The notes: generated by a model from the sequence alone, not told the origin. DNA of 64,000 nt from an uncultured Candidatus Saccharibacteria bacterium (GCA_964364285.1 CAYIKZ010000002.1:3800-67799); one strand, 5' to 3'; positions 20,811 to 31,143 are shown, counted from the first letter of the stretch. A program made the numbers and translations.

Positions 20811-22043
20811 ATGTTTTTCCAATCCATAAAAATAGCGGCAAGAGCATTGCTTCTTAACAAAACAAGATCATTCCTTACAATGTTAGGAATCATCATTGGT
20901 ATTACCGCGGTTATTGTCCTAATCTCAGCAGGACAAGGTGCTCAGGAGCTCATTGTTAATCAGGTTAAAGGAATAGGGTCAAACCTTCTTTTTGTAATTC
21001 CTGGTGGAAGTGGTAAATCACAGTTTTCAGCGCCAGCATCAGCTCAAGGAATCATCATCACGTCTTTAGTTGATTCAGATATTAAATCACTCCGTAACAA
21101 ATTGCTTGCTCCTGACATTGAATATGTAAGTCCGGAAGTTAGAGGACAATATACAGTTTCATACAATAACGTTGACCAGATTGCTCCTGTAGTCGGCGAA
21201 GATGAAAACTTTGGTGTTGTTAGAAACATTAATTTAACAGCAGGAAACTGGTTTACTAAATCAGATGTAGATGGTTTAACTCAAGTAGCAATTTTAGGTT
21301 CAACTATAAAAGAGGATCTTTTTGGAGAACAAGATCCAATCGGTCAGTTGGTTAAGATAAAGCAGGTGAGCTTTAGAGTTGTTGGTGTTTCTGAACCAAA
21401 AGGAGTTGGTGCTTTTGGTGTTGATCAAGACACCCAGATCATTGTTCCTGTAAGCACAGCTCAAAAACTTCTTTTAGGAATTAACCATTACAACTTAATT
21501 TCAATTCAGGTTAAAGACGCAGACTCAATTCCACTTGCAAGAGAAGAAGTTGAACGAATTTTAAGATACAATCATAAAATATCAGATCCACAGAAAGATG
21601 ATTTTACCGTTCGTAATCCTCAAGATGCTTTAAGCCTGCTTTCAAACATCACTTCAGTACTAACAATATTCTTAGGAGCAATTGCAGGAATATCTTTGTT
21701 AGTAGGTGGTATTGGTATTATGAATATCATGCTTGTTTCAGTTACAGAAAGAACAAGAGAGATTGGTTTAAGAAAAGCAATCGGAGCCAAGAGAAAAGAT
21801 ATTCTCTTGCAGTTCCTCATAGAAGCGGTTTTCTTAACAATTTTAGGTGGGGTTATTGGAATATTCTTAGGATACTTGGGAGCTGTTGGTATAGCGTTAA
21901 TAGGGAAATGGACTCCTGTTGTTTCCATAGGTTCAATACTCCTTGCTTTTGGGGTTTGTACGCTATTTGGTTTAATCTTTGGAATATATCCAGCAAATAA
22001 AGCATCCAAACTTAGTCCAATAGAAGCGTTAAGATATGAATAA
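20811..22043 (+). CDS. ABC transporter permease (FtsX/MacB-type)
   Basis: MacB-like periplasmic domain plus a C-terminal four-TM FtsX domain. ATG 20811 overlaps the upstream stop (ATAATATG). Confidence 0.8.
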   Translation: MFFQSIKIAARALLLNKTRSFLTMLGIIIGITAVIVLISAGQGAQELIVNQVKGIGSNLLFVIPGGSGKSQFSAPASAQGIIITSLVDSDIKSLRNKLLAPDIEYVSPEVRGQYTVSYNNVDQIAPVVGEDENFGVVRNINLTAGNWFTKSDVDGLTQVAILGSTIKEDLFGEQDPIGQLVKIKQVSFRVVGVSEPKGVGAFGVDQDTQIIVPVSTAQKLLLGINHYNLISIQVKDADSIPLAREEVERILRYNHKISDPQKDDFTVRNPQDALSLLSNITSVLTIFLGAIAGISLLVGGIGIMNIMLVSVTERTREIGLRKAIGAKRKDILLQFLIEAVFLTILGGVIGIFLGYLGAVGIALIGKWTPVVSIGSILLAFGVCTLFGLIFGIYPANKASKLSPIEALRYE

Positions 22044-22066
22044 CCCGAGCAATCGGGTTTTTTTGT
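22044..22066 (+). terminator. Terminator
   Basis: cccga-gcaa-tcggg followed by TTTTTTT. Confidence 0.6.
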
Positions 22067-22080
22067 GCTAAGATATATCT

Positions 22081-23325
22081 ATGCAACCAAAACAAAAAAC
22101 AATCGTAGTAGTCGGTGGAGGATTTGGTGGTTTAAACGCCGCCATTCTATTACGCAAATACCTTCGTCAGGAAAAAGCACACGTTTTGTTAATAGATAAA
22201 AGCTCGTATCATCTTTACTACCCAAACCTTTATGAGGTCGCTTCTTCAGAAGAAGAGTTTGTTAGTATAAAGGCTTTGAAGAAAAGCATTGCCCTTCCTT
22301 TTACTGATGTGCTTTCAAGACACAACATTCAGTTCATCGAAGCAGAAGTAACCAAAATACATCAAAAAGAAAACTACGTTGTTTTTAGAGAAGAAAAAGT
22401 AGACTATGATTACCTTGTTTTAGCAACAGGTGCTGTTTCAGATTTCTTCGACATTCCTGGAGCAGAACAAAACGCTCTAACCTTTAAATCAGTAAACGAT
22501 GCTTTAAGAGTTAGAGCAAGTCTTGAAGCACTGGTTCAACAAGCAGCAACAACCACAGCAAAGAGACCTGTTAGAATAATCATTGCAGGCGGAGGCTTTA
22601 CAGGAGTTGAGTTAGCAGGAGAACTAACAAACCTAAAAAAGATTGTTGCTTGGAAATATTCTTTTCCAGAAGAGAAAATAGAGATTGAGATAATAGAAGG
22701 ATCTAATCAGTTAATGCCAGGAATGGGGAAAGAGGTGTACTTACCAATCGCAGAAAGATTAAAGGAGATTGGAGTTCGTATTAGCTTCAATTCAATAATC
22801 ACAGAAGTTTCAGAAAAAAGCATTACTTTAAAAAATGGAGAGGTTCAAAATTTTGATATGATCATTTGGGCAGCTGGTATAAAAGGGGCGGATATTCCTT
22901 TAGATGAAAAAACCGAAACAGATCACAAAAATCGTTGTATGACCAGTACTGATTTAACCCTTAAAGATTTCTCTAATGTGTATTTAATAGGGGACAATGC
23001 TTGTGTGCTAGACCCAAACAAAATGCCAATGCCACAAACAGCAACACAGGCAATTGATCAGGCAGAGTTTGTAGCTCATAACATTGCTGCTTCAGTAAAC
23101 GGATATCCAACATTTGAATATGTAACTAAACCATCACCATACATCATCCCTGTAAAAGGGAAGTGGGCATTATTACACCTTGCAAATGGTGTGAATATCA
23201 AAGGATTCTTTGCTTGGTTTGTAAAGCAATTCGCAAACTTAAGATATTTTATGCGTTTACTACCCCCTTGGAAAGCAATCTGGCTTGCTTGGTTTGATGT
23301 TGAAATATATACCAGGAATGATTAA
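22081..23325 (+). CDS. Type II NADH dehydrogenase (NDH-2) / FAD-dependent pyridine nucleotide-disulfide oxidoreductase
   Basis: N-terminal GGGFGG dinucleotide fold and a second GGGFTGVE Rossmann motif. 414 aa. Confidence 0.75.
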   Translation: MQPKQKTIVVVGGGFGGLNAAILLRKYLRQEKAHVLLIDKSSYHLYYPNLYEVASSEEEFVSIKALKKSIALPFTDVLSRHNIQFIEAEVTKIHQKENYVVFREEKVDYDYLVLATGAVSDFFDIPGAEQNALTFKSVNDALRVRASLEALVQQAATTTAKRPVRIIIAGGGFTGVELAGELTNLKKIVAWKYSFPEEKIEIEIIEGSNQLMPGMGKEVYLPIAERLKEIGVRISFNSIITEVSEKSITLKNGEVQNFDMIIWAAGIKGADIPLDEKTETDHKNRCMTSTDLTLKDFSNVYLIGDNACVLDPNKMPMPQTATQAIDQAEFVAHNIAASVNGYPTFEYVTKPSPYIIPVKGKWALLHLANGVNIKGFFAWFVKQFANLRYFMRLLPPWKAIWLAWFDVEIYTRND

Positions 23326-23328
23326 AAA

Positions 23329-23357
23329 AACCGCAGAGCTTTCTGCGGTTTTTAACT
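23329..23357. terminator. Bidirectional terminator between ndh-like gene and topA
   Basis: aaaaccgcagag-cttt-ctgcggtttt. Confidence 0.6.
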
Positions 23358-25584
23358 ATTCCTTTTTCTTTTTGTAAAATCTTTTCTTTCCTGTTTTTTT
23401 GGGTTTTGCTTTTTGTTCTTCCCAAAGCGTTTTAAGCTCTTCTTCAGTCTGTGGTTTCTTGTTTATGATGAAATTACAATCAGGATATCTAGAACAGGAA
23501 TAGAAAGGCTGACCACGTCCACGAGCTTTCTTTTCCACAACCTCTCCAATACCACAACTTGGACACTTAAAACCAACCTTAGTTAAAATCTTTTTAATTC
23601 CCTTACACTCTGGATACTTAGCACAACCTAAGAAGAAACCAAACCTTCCGCGTTGTATTTTCATAGGACCACTACAGATAGGGCAGAGCTCTCCTTTTGT
23701 TTTCTCTTCCAGCTCTTTAATCTTTGCTTCTTCCTCAGGCATTGGTTTAGTAATCTTTTCACCCTCAGGACATGCCAAGAACTTTCCAAACCTCCCGTAT
23801 TTTATAATCATTGGTTTGCCACAGTGAGGACAAGGAGTGTCAGAAACAGTAACCTGTTTTTCAACCTCTTCATTTTTTATATCCAAATGTTTTTTAAAAG
23901 GATCGTAGAATTCTTTAATGACTGGTTGCCATTCAATCTTTCCCTCAGCGATTTCATCAAGCTCATCTTCCATCTTTGCTGTAAACCCAATGTCTATGAC
24001 TTCAGGGAAGTGTTCGACTAAAAGATCGTTAACCAAAAACCCTATTTCAGTCGGATTATACTTTTTGTCTATCTTCTCAACATATTCACGATCTTGAATT
24101 GTAGAAAGAGTAGGCGCATATGTTGAAGGTCTGCCAATACCGTGTCCTTCCAAAGCTTTAATCAAAGTAGCATCAGAATATCTTGGAGGTGGTTCTGTAA
24201 AGTGTTGATTTGGAACAAGCTCTGAAAGCTCCAAAGCTTCGCCTTTAGAAAGTTCAGGTAATTGTCCTTCTACCTCTGACTCTTCATCATCACGCCCCTC
24301 AGTGTATGCTTTAATGAAACCTTCAAACTTAACAACCTGTCCATTTGCTCTCAATCCATATATTTTAGAGGATTTACCTTTGCTTTCAATATCAACTGCA
24401 GTTGCGTCAAAAACAGCTTGTGCCATTTGGCTTGCAATAGTTCTTTTCCAGATTAAATCATAGATTTTTTGTTGTCCTCGATCTAAGAAAGAACGAACCA
24501 TATCAGGATGACGCATTAAATCAGTTGGGCGGATTGCTTCGTGTGCTTCCTGTGCATTCTTTGATTTGTTGCTATACCTTCTTGCTTGACCATGATAATA
24601 GGTTTTACCAAAACGGGATTCAATGACTTCAGATGCTTGTTTCAAAGCAAACTCAGAAAGATTAACAGAGTCAGTACGCATGTAAGTGATTAAACCAGTT
24701 GAACCTTCTTCTCCAATATCAATACCTTCATAGAGCTGTTGAGCTATGACCATTGTTTGTTTTGCAGACATACCAAATTTTCGAGCTGCTTCTTGTTGCA
24801 AAGTTGATGTTGTAAAGGGTGCTGCTGGGTTTCTGTTGACTTCTTTCTTTTCTATTTCAGTGACTGTATACTTTGCACCATCTAAATCAGACACGACCTC
24901 ATTTGCTGAAACGTCTTTTACAATATCAAACTTTCCAAGAGTTTTACCATCAATTTTGTTTAACTTCGCAGAGAAAGAAGTTTTGTCCTTAGAAAACAAA
25001 GCATCAATACTCCAGTATTCTTCTTTAACAAATTTCTCAATTTCTCTTTCACGTTCAACAATCAAACGTAAAGCAACAGACTGAACCCTTCCAGCTGACA
25101 AACCATAACGGACTTTTTTCCAGATGAAAGGGGAGAGTCCATAACCAACCAAGCGATCTAAGATTCTTCGTGCTTGCTGAGCATCTACTAAATGCATGTT
25201 TAAATTACGAGGATGTGCTAAAGCCTCATCAATCGCGGTTTTAGTAATTTCATGGAATACAATTCTTTTTGGATCCTTATTCTTAAGTTTTAAGGCAGAC
25301 ACCAAATGCCAGGAAATAGCTTCTCCTTCGCGGTCTTCGTCAGTTGCCAGAATAACTTCAGTTGCTTTATCTGCTTTAGCTTTTAATTCACTGATTATTT
25401 TTTTAGCTTTAACTGGAACAATATATGTGGGTTCAAAGTTGTTTTCAATATCAATACCCATCTTGCTTTTAGGAAGATCTCTAACATGTCCGAAAGATGC
25501 TTGAACGTCAAAATCCTTTCCCAAGAAACGGGAAATTGTTTTTGCTTTAGTCGGAGACTCAACAATTACTAATGTTTTTTTCAT
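23356..25584 (-). CDS. topA: DNA topoisomerase I
   Basis: TOPRIM N-terminus (VIVESPTKAKTI), core domains and C-terminal C4 zinc ribbons (CPxCG repeats). Confidence 0.95.
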   Translation of the reverse strand: MKKTLVIVESPTKAKTISRFLGKDFDVQASFGHVRDLPKSKMGIDIENNFEPTYIVPVKAKKIISELKAKADKATEVILATDEDREGEAISWHLVSALKLKNKDPKRIVFHEITKTAIDEALAHPRNLNMHLVDAQQARRILDRLVGYGLSPFIWKKVRYGLSAGRVQSVALRLIVEREREIEKFVKEEYWSIDALFSKDKTSFSAKLNKIDGKTLGKFDIVKDVSANEVVSDLDGAKYTVTEIEKKEVNRNPAAPFTTSTLQQEAARKFGMSAKQTMVIAQQLYEGIDIGEEGSTGLITYMRTDSVNLSEFALKQASEVIESRFGKTYYHGQARRYSNKSKNAQEAHEAIRPTDLMRHPDMVRSFLDRGQQKIYDLIWKRTIASQMAQAVFDATAVDIESKGKSSKIYGLRANGQVVKFEGFIKAYTEGRDDEESEVEGQLPELSKGEALELSELVPNQHFTEPPPRYSDATLIKALEGHGIGRPSTYAPTLSTIQDREYVEKIDKKYNPTEIGFLVNDLLVEHFPEVIDIGFTAKMEDELDEIAEGKIEWQPVIKEFYDPFKKHLDIKNEEVEKQVTVSDTPCPHCGKPMIIKYGRFGKFLACPEGEKITKPMPEEEAKIKELEEKTKGELCPICSGPMKIQRGRFGFFLGCAKYPECKGIKKILTKVGFKCPSCGIGEVVEKKARGRGQPFYSCSRYPDCNFIINKKPQTEEELKTLWEEQKAKPKKTGKKRFYKKKKE

Positions 25585-25761
25585 CCACTCTATATATTAG
25601 TTGCAGAAACAGCGCTAATTACTTTAAGAGTTTAACTATATGTTTCAAAGGTTGTCAAATATACCTCTCAAAAACAACCCATAACTACAATCCTTAATAT
25701 CTAGGTGTGGTATACTTCTAAATGCATAGAAAAGGCAATAAACAAAGGGGGTTTAGTACCG

Positions 25762-25790
25762 TTGACAAAGTAACGGTATTGTGTTAAATT
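25762..25790 (+). promoter_or_regulatory. Promoter TTGACA-17-TAAATT (extended -10 TGT) within a 7-bp inverted repeat
   Basis: -35 at 25762-25767, -10 at 25785-25790. Inverted repeat TACCGTT...AACGGTA spans the -35. Confidence 0.5.
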
Positions 25791-25954
25791 ACAGTGTTAG
25801 TTGTTCCTTTATATATATTTCATCCAGCCCCCTATTTGCGAGTAGCGAAAATAGATATGAATCCCTCCTACTATTTGTAAGTAGCTGTCAAGTAAAGGTT
25901 GGCAGCGTTTGTTGTCTTCCTTTCACTCGTAAATAGGGTATTGTATGAAATATT

Positions 25955-25979
25955 AAAGCGCTTTTGCGCTTTTTTGTTT
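25955..25979 (+). terminator. Intrinsic terminator/attenuator hairpin in the leader of the GC-rich gene
   Basis: agcgc-tttt-gcgct followed by TTTTTT. No upstream plus-strand gene for it to terminate. Confidence 0.5.
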
Positions 25980-26057
25980 TTATGGTATATTGAGTTGCTC
26001 ACTCACACACGAGAGAGAGGCGCCGTGGCTAGACACGGAAGTCGAAGGAGGATTCAC

Positions 26058-26987
26058 ATGACGCATCGCGAAGTGCACTTCCGCGTGTCTGATGAAGACA
26101 TGCGGAAGATCGATGGGGTCTGGTCGAGTCTGAGAGACAAGGCTCAAAGGGGCCGTCTCCCAATCGACAAGATCATCCGGGAGCTCCAGCGTGCCAATGA
26201 AGGTCACTTCACGGCACCGCCGCTGACATACAGCGACGAGGAGTGTTCGGATGAAGAGAAGGGGATGTACAACGGAAACCACAAGCCTGCAAGCATCTGG
26301 GAGCAGGCGCAGTTCTGGAGTCGTATTCTCCCAGATGCGGACTTCTCGTATCTTGAGAAGTTCGCCGGAGGAGACCCTGATCTGTACCAGCTCGCCGAGC
26401 AGTGGGGTGTGGTTCCGAAGCCTCAGCTGCTTCGCGCTCCCGACTACTGGGGTGCCTACCAGCACCTCGTGCACACGTACTTCAGTTTGGACGGGGACTT
26501 CCCACACATCATGATGCAGTGGAGCGGTTTCATCAACGACCACAGCGACAGGCCACGTCTGACCAGGAAGACTGCTGCGTGGCATGAACGCATCACCGAG
26601 CAGACACCGGGAGACTTCCTGGTTTTCCCGTTCCAGTTCGGTGCTTTGCACGCCGGCAGATCTAGGCGCCGTGCCCAGGTTTGCTATGAGCACAACGAGA
26701 TTGGCCTCGGTCCTTACGAGGCATTGTGCTTGCTTGCAACGCATCCGAACCGGCTCGCGCAGGGCGCTCTCGGGTTCTACTGCATCGGTGCGAAGTGTGG
26801 CTGGCACAAGCGGGATCAGCAGGTTCCGAGTTCGGCGATGTATCCTAGCTGGTTCTGTCCGCGTTTCGGGTATTCCGACGTTGATCAGATAGCATTCGTT
26901 GACTGCGGCTTGCCGACGTACCAATCGAACCGCTACATTGGTTCGATCACGGCGTTCGAGTTGCCGATCGAGGAAGTCGCTGACTGA
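26058..26987 (+). CDS. Hypothetical protein encoded in GC-rich island 2 (no recognised domain)
   Basis: 309 aa from an ATG preceded by AAGGAGGA. GC-rich. The ORF-track start at 25899 lies in AT-rich leader and is rejected. Confidence 0.55.
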   Translation: MTHREVHFRVSDEDMRKIDGVWSSLRDKAQRGRLPIDKIIRELQRANEGHFTAPPLTYSDEECSDEEKGMYNGNHKPASIWEQAQFWSRILPDADFSYLEKFAGGDPDLYQLAEQWGVVPKPQLLRAPDYWGAYQHLVHTYFSLDGDFPHIMMQWSGFINDHSDRPRLTRKTAAWHERITEQTPGDFLVFPFQFGALHAGRSRRRAQVCYEHNEIGLGPYEALCLLATHPNRLAQGALGFYCIGAKCGWHKRDQQVPSSAMYPSWFCPRFGYSDVDQIAFVDCGLPTYQSNRYIGSITAFELPIEEVAD

Positions 26988-27007
26988 TCGGATCGCGTCA
27001 TTAACAA

Positions 27008-27062
27008 AGGACCTGGGTTCTGAGGATTGAAAAATCCAAAGAATCCAGGTCCTGCAGTTTTT
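27008..27062. terminator. Long nested hairpin followed by T-run (bidirectional terminator)
   Basis: ggacctgggttc...gaatccaggtcc around an inner ggatt/aatcc stem, then gcagttttt. Confidence 0.5.
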
Positions 27063-27074
27063 AATACACGTTTT

Positions 27075-27605
27075 TTAAACCTTTGCTTTTAACTCAAGAA
27101 GAACCCTTGCTTTAATTGCATCAAAAGGAATTTGTTCCAGTTCTTCATCTGAAAAATCCTGTAATACAAAAGCATCTGTTGGCATGTGTTCCTTGTTTTC
27201 TCTGCTTTCAACGCCAATGCGTATTCTTCGGAACTCCTTTGTTCCCAAATAGTCGATTAATGAGGTAACTCCATTGTGTCCTGCAGATCCCGAGTTATCC
27301 GTAAACTTAATTGTTCCTAAAGGCAAGTCAACATCATCATGCAAAACCACAATATCTTTAGGTGTTAACTTGTAGAAATCAAGAATCTGTTTAACAGCTT
27401 TTCCAGAGTCATTCATAAAGGTTTGAGGAAAGACGAAAAAGGTTTTCTCTGGCATATGTATTTCACAAATCTTTGAATCAAAACTTGAATTACATGAGAT
27501 TGTTTGTAGTTCTTTTAATATATGATCCAAAGCCAAGAACCCGACATTGTGTCGGTTGTTTTTGTATTTCTCTCCTGGATTTCCAAGTCCAATTATTACC
27601 TGCAT
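27075..27605 (-). CDS. pth: Peptidyl-tRNA hydrolase
   Basis: MQVIIGLGNPG...NRHNVGF Pth signature. Confidence 0.9.
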   Translation of the reverse strand: MQVIIGLGNPGEKYKNNRHNVGFLALDHILKELQTISCNSSFDSKICEIHMPEKTFFVFPQTFMNDSGKAVKQILDFYKLTPKDIVVLHDDVDLPLGTIKFTDNSGSAGHNGVTSLIDYLGTKEFRRIRIGVESRENKEHMPTDAFVLQDFSDEELEQIPFDAIKARVLLELKAKV

Positions 27606-27608
27606 ATA

Positions 27609-28973
27609 TTAATAGTTTACCATTTCTTCATTAAATTTTGGATTACCACGTTTTGCTTGAAGTTTTAGTATAATCGGTGTGCCCCAGAAACCAAGTTCTT
27701 TCATAATGGAGTTTTGAATGAATTTTCTAAACTGCATTGAGATTGCAGAAGGTTCATTAACCATCATTAAGAAAACCGGGGGATTAGTACTTGTTTGTTG
27801 TAGGGAATATACTTTTGGAACTCTTTCGTCTCTAAGTCTTTGTGGTTGTCTAATCTTTTGCTTAGCGTAGAAAAAGTCTTTTAAAGTTTGACTATCAATT
27901 TCTTTTTTCCTGTTTACTTCAATAGTTAGGATGTAGTCCAAAACTTCTTTAACACCCTCTCCGTCTTTTGCTGAGATTGGAACAGCAGGAGCCCACCAAA
28001 GGAAAGGGAAGTAATCAGGAAGTTGTGAGAAGAGCTTTTCTTTTTTCTTTGGAGCAAGTAAATCAATCTTGTTTGCAACCAAAACAAATCCTTTAGATGC
28101 TTCAACTATTTCTCCTGCAATTCTTTGATCTTGCTGTGAGATACTTTCTGAAGCATCGATCATAAACAAACAGACATCAGCTTTGCGCATTGCGCGTATT
28201 GTTTGAAGAGCCGCGTATATATCAGGAAGCGCTTGGTTCTTCTCTTTGCGCTTTAACCCAGCAGTGTCTAAGAATTTAATCTTGTGTCCTTTGTAAGTTA
28301 TATCAGTATCAACAACATTTCTTGTTGTTCCTGGAACACTTGAAACAACAACTCTTTCTTCACCAATGATTTTGTTAAACAAAGAAGATTTACCAACATT
28401 TGGTTTACCAAGAATTGCAACGGATATAGTGGAGGGGTCTTTTTCAATTTGTCCGAATCCTTGTTTTTTCAAAGAATCGGTAATGCCATCAAGCAAATCT
28501 CCAGTACCCATTCCTGAAACAGCAGAGATTGGAAAAATATTTTTAAATCCAGTAAAAGAATATTCTGAAACCATTTCGACAAACTTTTTAGGAGAGTCGA
28601 TTTTGTTAATAACCAGGAGAACATCTTTCTTTTGTTTCCTGAGTTTTAACATAATGTTTCTGTCGATTGAGTCAGCAGGTTTTTTACCATCCAAAACATA
28701 AAGGATTAAATCAGCTTCACTGATTGCAATCTCAACTTGCTTTTGAATATTTTTCTCTAGCTCATCGCGTTGTTCCAGGATTATTCCAGCAGTATCAATC
28801 AAAGAGAAATCAACTGCATTCCAAGTAGCAGGAGCATAAAAACGATCACGGGTTGTTCCAGCAACTGAAGATGTTAAAGCAATTCTTGCTTCAACAAGTT
28901 TGTTCATTAATGTTGATTTTCCTACATTTGGTTCTCCGATAATTGCAACCAATGCTTCTCTTTCGTTAGACAT
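27609..28973 (-). CDS. der: Ribosome-biogenesis GTPase Der (EngA)
   Basis: Two tandem GTPase domains (GEPNVGKS, GKPNVGKS) plus a KH-like C-terminus. Confidence 0.9.
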   Translation of the reverse strand: MSNEREALVAIIGEPNVGKSTLMNKLVEARIALTSSVAGTTRDRFYAPATWNAVDFSLIDTAGIILEQRDELEKNIQKQVEIAISEADLILYVLDGKKPADSIDRNIMLKLRKQKKDVLLVINKIDSPKKFVEMVSEYSFTGFKNIFPISAVSGMGTGDLLDGITDSLKKQGFGQIEKDPSTISVAILGKPNVGKSSLFNKIIGEERVVVSSVPGTTRNVVDTDITYKGHKIKFLDTAGLKRKEKNQALPDIYAALQTIRAMRKADVCLFMIDASESISQQDQRIAGEIVEASKGFVLVANKIDLLAPKKKEKLFSQLPDYFPFLWWAPAVPISAKDGEGVKEVLDYILTIEVNRKKEIDSQTLKDFFYAKQKIRQPQRLRDERVPKVYSLQQTSTNPPVFLMMVNEPSAISMQFRKFIQNSIMKELGFWGTPIILKLQAKRGNPKFNEEMVNY

Positions 28974-28975
28974 AG

Positions 28976-30361
28976 CTATTTACCTCCTGCGACAAAAAGC
29001 ACCAGGTCGACTCTTGCAGTCATACTTTCTGGCTTTGGCAAAGCTTTTGTGCTTACTAATTGTTGAATATATGTAATAGTGGCGGGTTTGTCTTCATTAA
29101 CCTTGTAAAAAGCACTGTTGCTTAGCGGTAACCCTCGGTATGGTACTTCATAAACAACAACACCTGCATTAACTAATTGTTTTTTGATTAAGTTGTAATA
29201 CTCAGGATCTCTCCCCGCGTTTTCTAAGATTAAAGAAGCAGACTCTGTTTTAACAGCTGTGTTACTGAAACTGTTTTTAAAGTATGTTTGCACTTGATTA
29301 GTTGTCACTCCTTCACATGGGAAGATTACATAACCAACTTCTTCTTTCACTCCATCACAAAACATTCCTGCTTCTAAGTCAATGCTCTCTGAAGTAATTT
29401 TAACTTCAGGAGATTTTAATATCTCAGCAAGATGTAGTAATTCGCTTGGTTCGACATTTGTGTGAGCACGATCTGCAAGAATATCTAAGAGATCATTGAT
29501 TGTTCCTGAGCTTGAAAGAATACCTAAGTCTTGAACCTTGGTTTTAAAAGCGTCTAAAACTTTTGCTTGACGTATGCTTCTAGCAATATCTGAGTCTTCT
29601 AAATTCGTGCCGTGTCTTGAACGAACAAATTGCAAAGCTCTTGTACCACTCATTTTTTCAAGACCTTTGTTAAAAACCAAGGTTGGTAAGTATCCAAACG
29701 TATCATTTGGATATTGGCTGTCTGTAAAACTGGTATCAATCTGAACATCAATACCACCTAAGCGATCAACTGCTTTTTCAAAACCTTTAAAATCAATACT
29801 AGCAAAATATGGAATGGTTAGCCCTGTAATTTTGTCAGCAGCTTTTAAAGCTTTTTCTCCTGCTTCATTAAAATCATGGCGTGGTTGATATCCAGCAGCA
29901 AAAGCAAAATTAATCTTTTGTTTTCCGTCTTCCCAGTAGTAATCGCGGGGGAGAGAGGTCAGAGCAACCTGTTTAGTTTCAGGATTAATGCTTGCAAGAA
30001 TAATAGTGTCAGTTAAAAACGGACCATCGTGTCCTTCACCACCATACCCAAGAAGTAAAATATTAATCCTTCCTTCTGATTCTCCTTTGAGAGACGACGT
30101 GCTTCCTGAAAACACCAAAGTAGTTACCTTTTTAAAGAAAGAAGATTTATGTACAAAAACTTTGCTTCCAAAAGAATATGCTTTAGAAAAAAGAACTCCT
30201 AAGATGATGCATAGGATAATCAGGGCTGGCCAGAATATTCTTGGGAACCAGCGCCTTTTTGTTTGTGGTTGTATATCTTGAAATTGTTGCATAGTAGCTT
30301 GGTTAGTATATCTGAAAATGAGCCTTTTGCGAAGCAAAAGAACCCTCTTAAACGCTTGCAA
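28976..30361 (-). CDS. LytR-CpsA-Psr (LCP) family cell-envelope phosphotransferase
   Basis: N-terminal TM, LCP core INILLLGYGGEGHDGPFLTDTIILASI...LPRD, C-terminal extension. The start may be at 30292. Confidence 0.75.
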   Translation of the reverse strand: MQAFKRVLLLRKRLIFRYTNQATMQQFQDIQPQTKRRWFPRIFWPALIILCIILGVLFSKAYSFGSKVFVHKSSFFKKVTTLVFSGSTSSLKGESEGRINILLLGYGGEGHDGPFLTDTIILASINPETKQVALTSLPRDYYWEDGKQKINFAFAAGYQPRHDFNEAGEKALKAADKITGLTIPYFASIDFKGFEKAVDRLGGIDVQIDTSFTDSQYPNDTFGYLPTLVFNKGLEKMSGTRALQFVRSRHGTNLEDSDIARSIRQAKVLDAFKTKVQDLGILSSSGTINDLLDILADRAHTNVEPSELLHLAEILKSPEVKITSESIDLEAGMFCDGVKEEVGYVIFPCEGVTTNQVQTYFKNSFSNTAVKTESASLILENAGRDPEYYNLIKKQLVNAGVVVYEVPYRGLPLSNSAFYKVNEDKPATITYIQQLVSTKALPKPESMTARVDLVLFVAGGK

Positions 30362-30429
30362 TACTTAAAAAGAACAGGTATATTGAATTAGTTAAGTTCT
30401 ACTTTTTAGCTCTAGGTGGCGACTGTTTT

Positions 30430-30506
30430 GGACGATTAGCTCAGCTGGTTAGAGCGCACCGTTCACATCGGTGAGGTCAAAGGTTCGAGTCCTTTATCGT
30501 CCACCA
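30430..30506 (+). tRNA. tRNA-Val (anticodon CAC)
   Basis: Manual fold: acceptor GGACGAT/ATCGTCC, anticodon stem CACCG/CGGTG with loop TTCACAT, T arm AAAGG-TTCGAGT-CCTTT, CCA. Confidence 0.85.
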
Positions 30507-30524
30507 AAGTTTCAAACAAAAAAC

Positions 30525-31142
30525 ATGCAAACAGATCCAGAACAACAGAATACAGAAAACCAGGAAACCGAAAGCGGTTTAAAAGAGCTTGGACTTTTTG
30601 TCTGGGACTTGGTTAAGGTTTTAATAATCGCGATGGCAATAATCTTGCCGATTAGATACGCTGTAGCTCAGCCTTTCATTGTTTCCGGTTCTTCCATGGA
30701 ACCCACCTTCTATTCTGGTGAATACTTAATCATCAATGAATGGACATATCATTTCGACAATCCACAAAGAGGCGATGTAGTAGTTTTTAAATATCCTAAA
30801 GACACAAGTCAATATTTCATAAAAAGAATAATTGCATTACCTGGTGAAAGAGTTAAGATAGAGGAAGATAACGTCATTATTTACAACAAAGAACATCCAA
30901 ACGGATGGGTGTTAGATGAATCATACATTCCTTCGTCAGACACAACTCTTCCAGTAGGTGATGGTATGACAACATTGGGAAGCAATGAGTACTATGTTTT
31001 GGGTGATAATCGTTTAGCATCATCCGATTCTCGTTTCTGGGGCCCAGTTCCTAAAAATGACATCATCGGAAAAGTTTTCGTTAGAGCTTTTCCTTTCAGT
31101 GACTTAAAGAAATTTGAAACAATTGAATACGGGGTTAAATAA
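30525..31142 (+). CDS. lepB: Signal peptidase I
   Basis: TM anchor and catalytic Ser box VSGSSMEPT. The ORF-track start at 30471 overlaps the tRNA; ATG 30525 is used. Confidence 0.8.
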   Translation: MQTDPEQQNTENQETESGLKELGLFVWDLVKVLIIAMAIILPIRYAVAQPFIVSGSSMEPTFYSGEYLIINEWTYHFDNPQRGDVVVFKYPKDTSQYFIKRIIALPGERVKIEEDNVIIYNKEHPNGWVLDESYIPSSDTTLPVGDGMTTLGSNEYYVLGDNRLASSDSRFWGPVPKNDIIGKVFVRAFPFSDLKKFETIEYGVK

Positions 31143-31143
31143 T

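Noticed and set aside
25980-26924. 314-aa minus-strand ORF antisense to the GC-rich 309-aa gene
   Set aside because: Antisense shadow ORF in high-GC sequence. No RBS. The plus-strand gene has a promoter, leader and a strong RBS.
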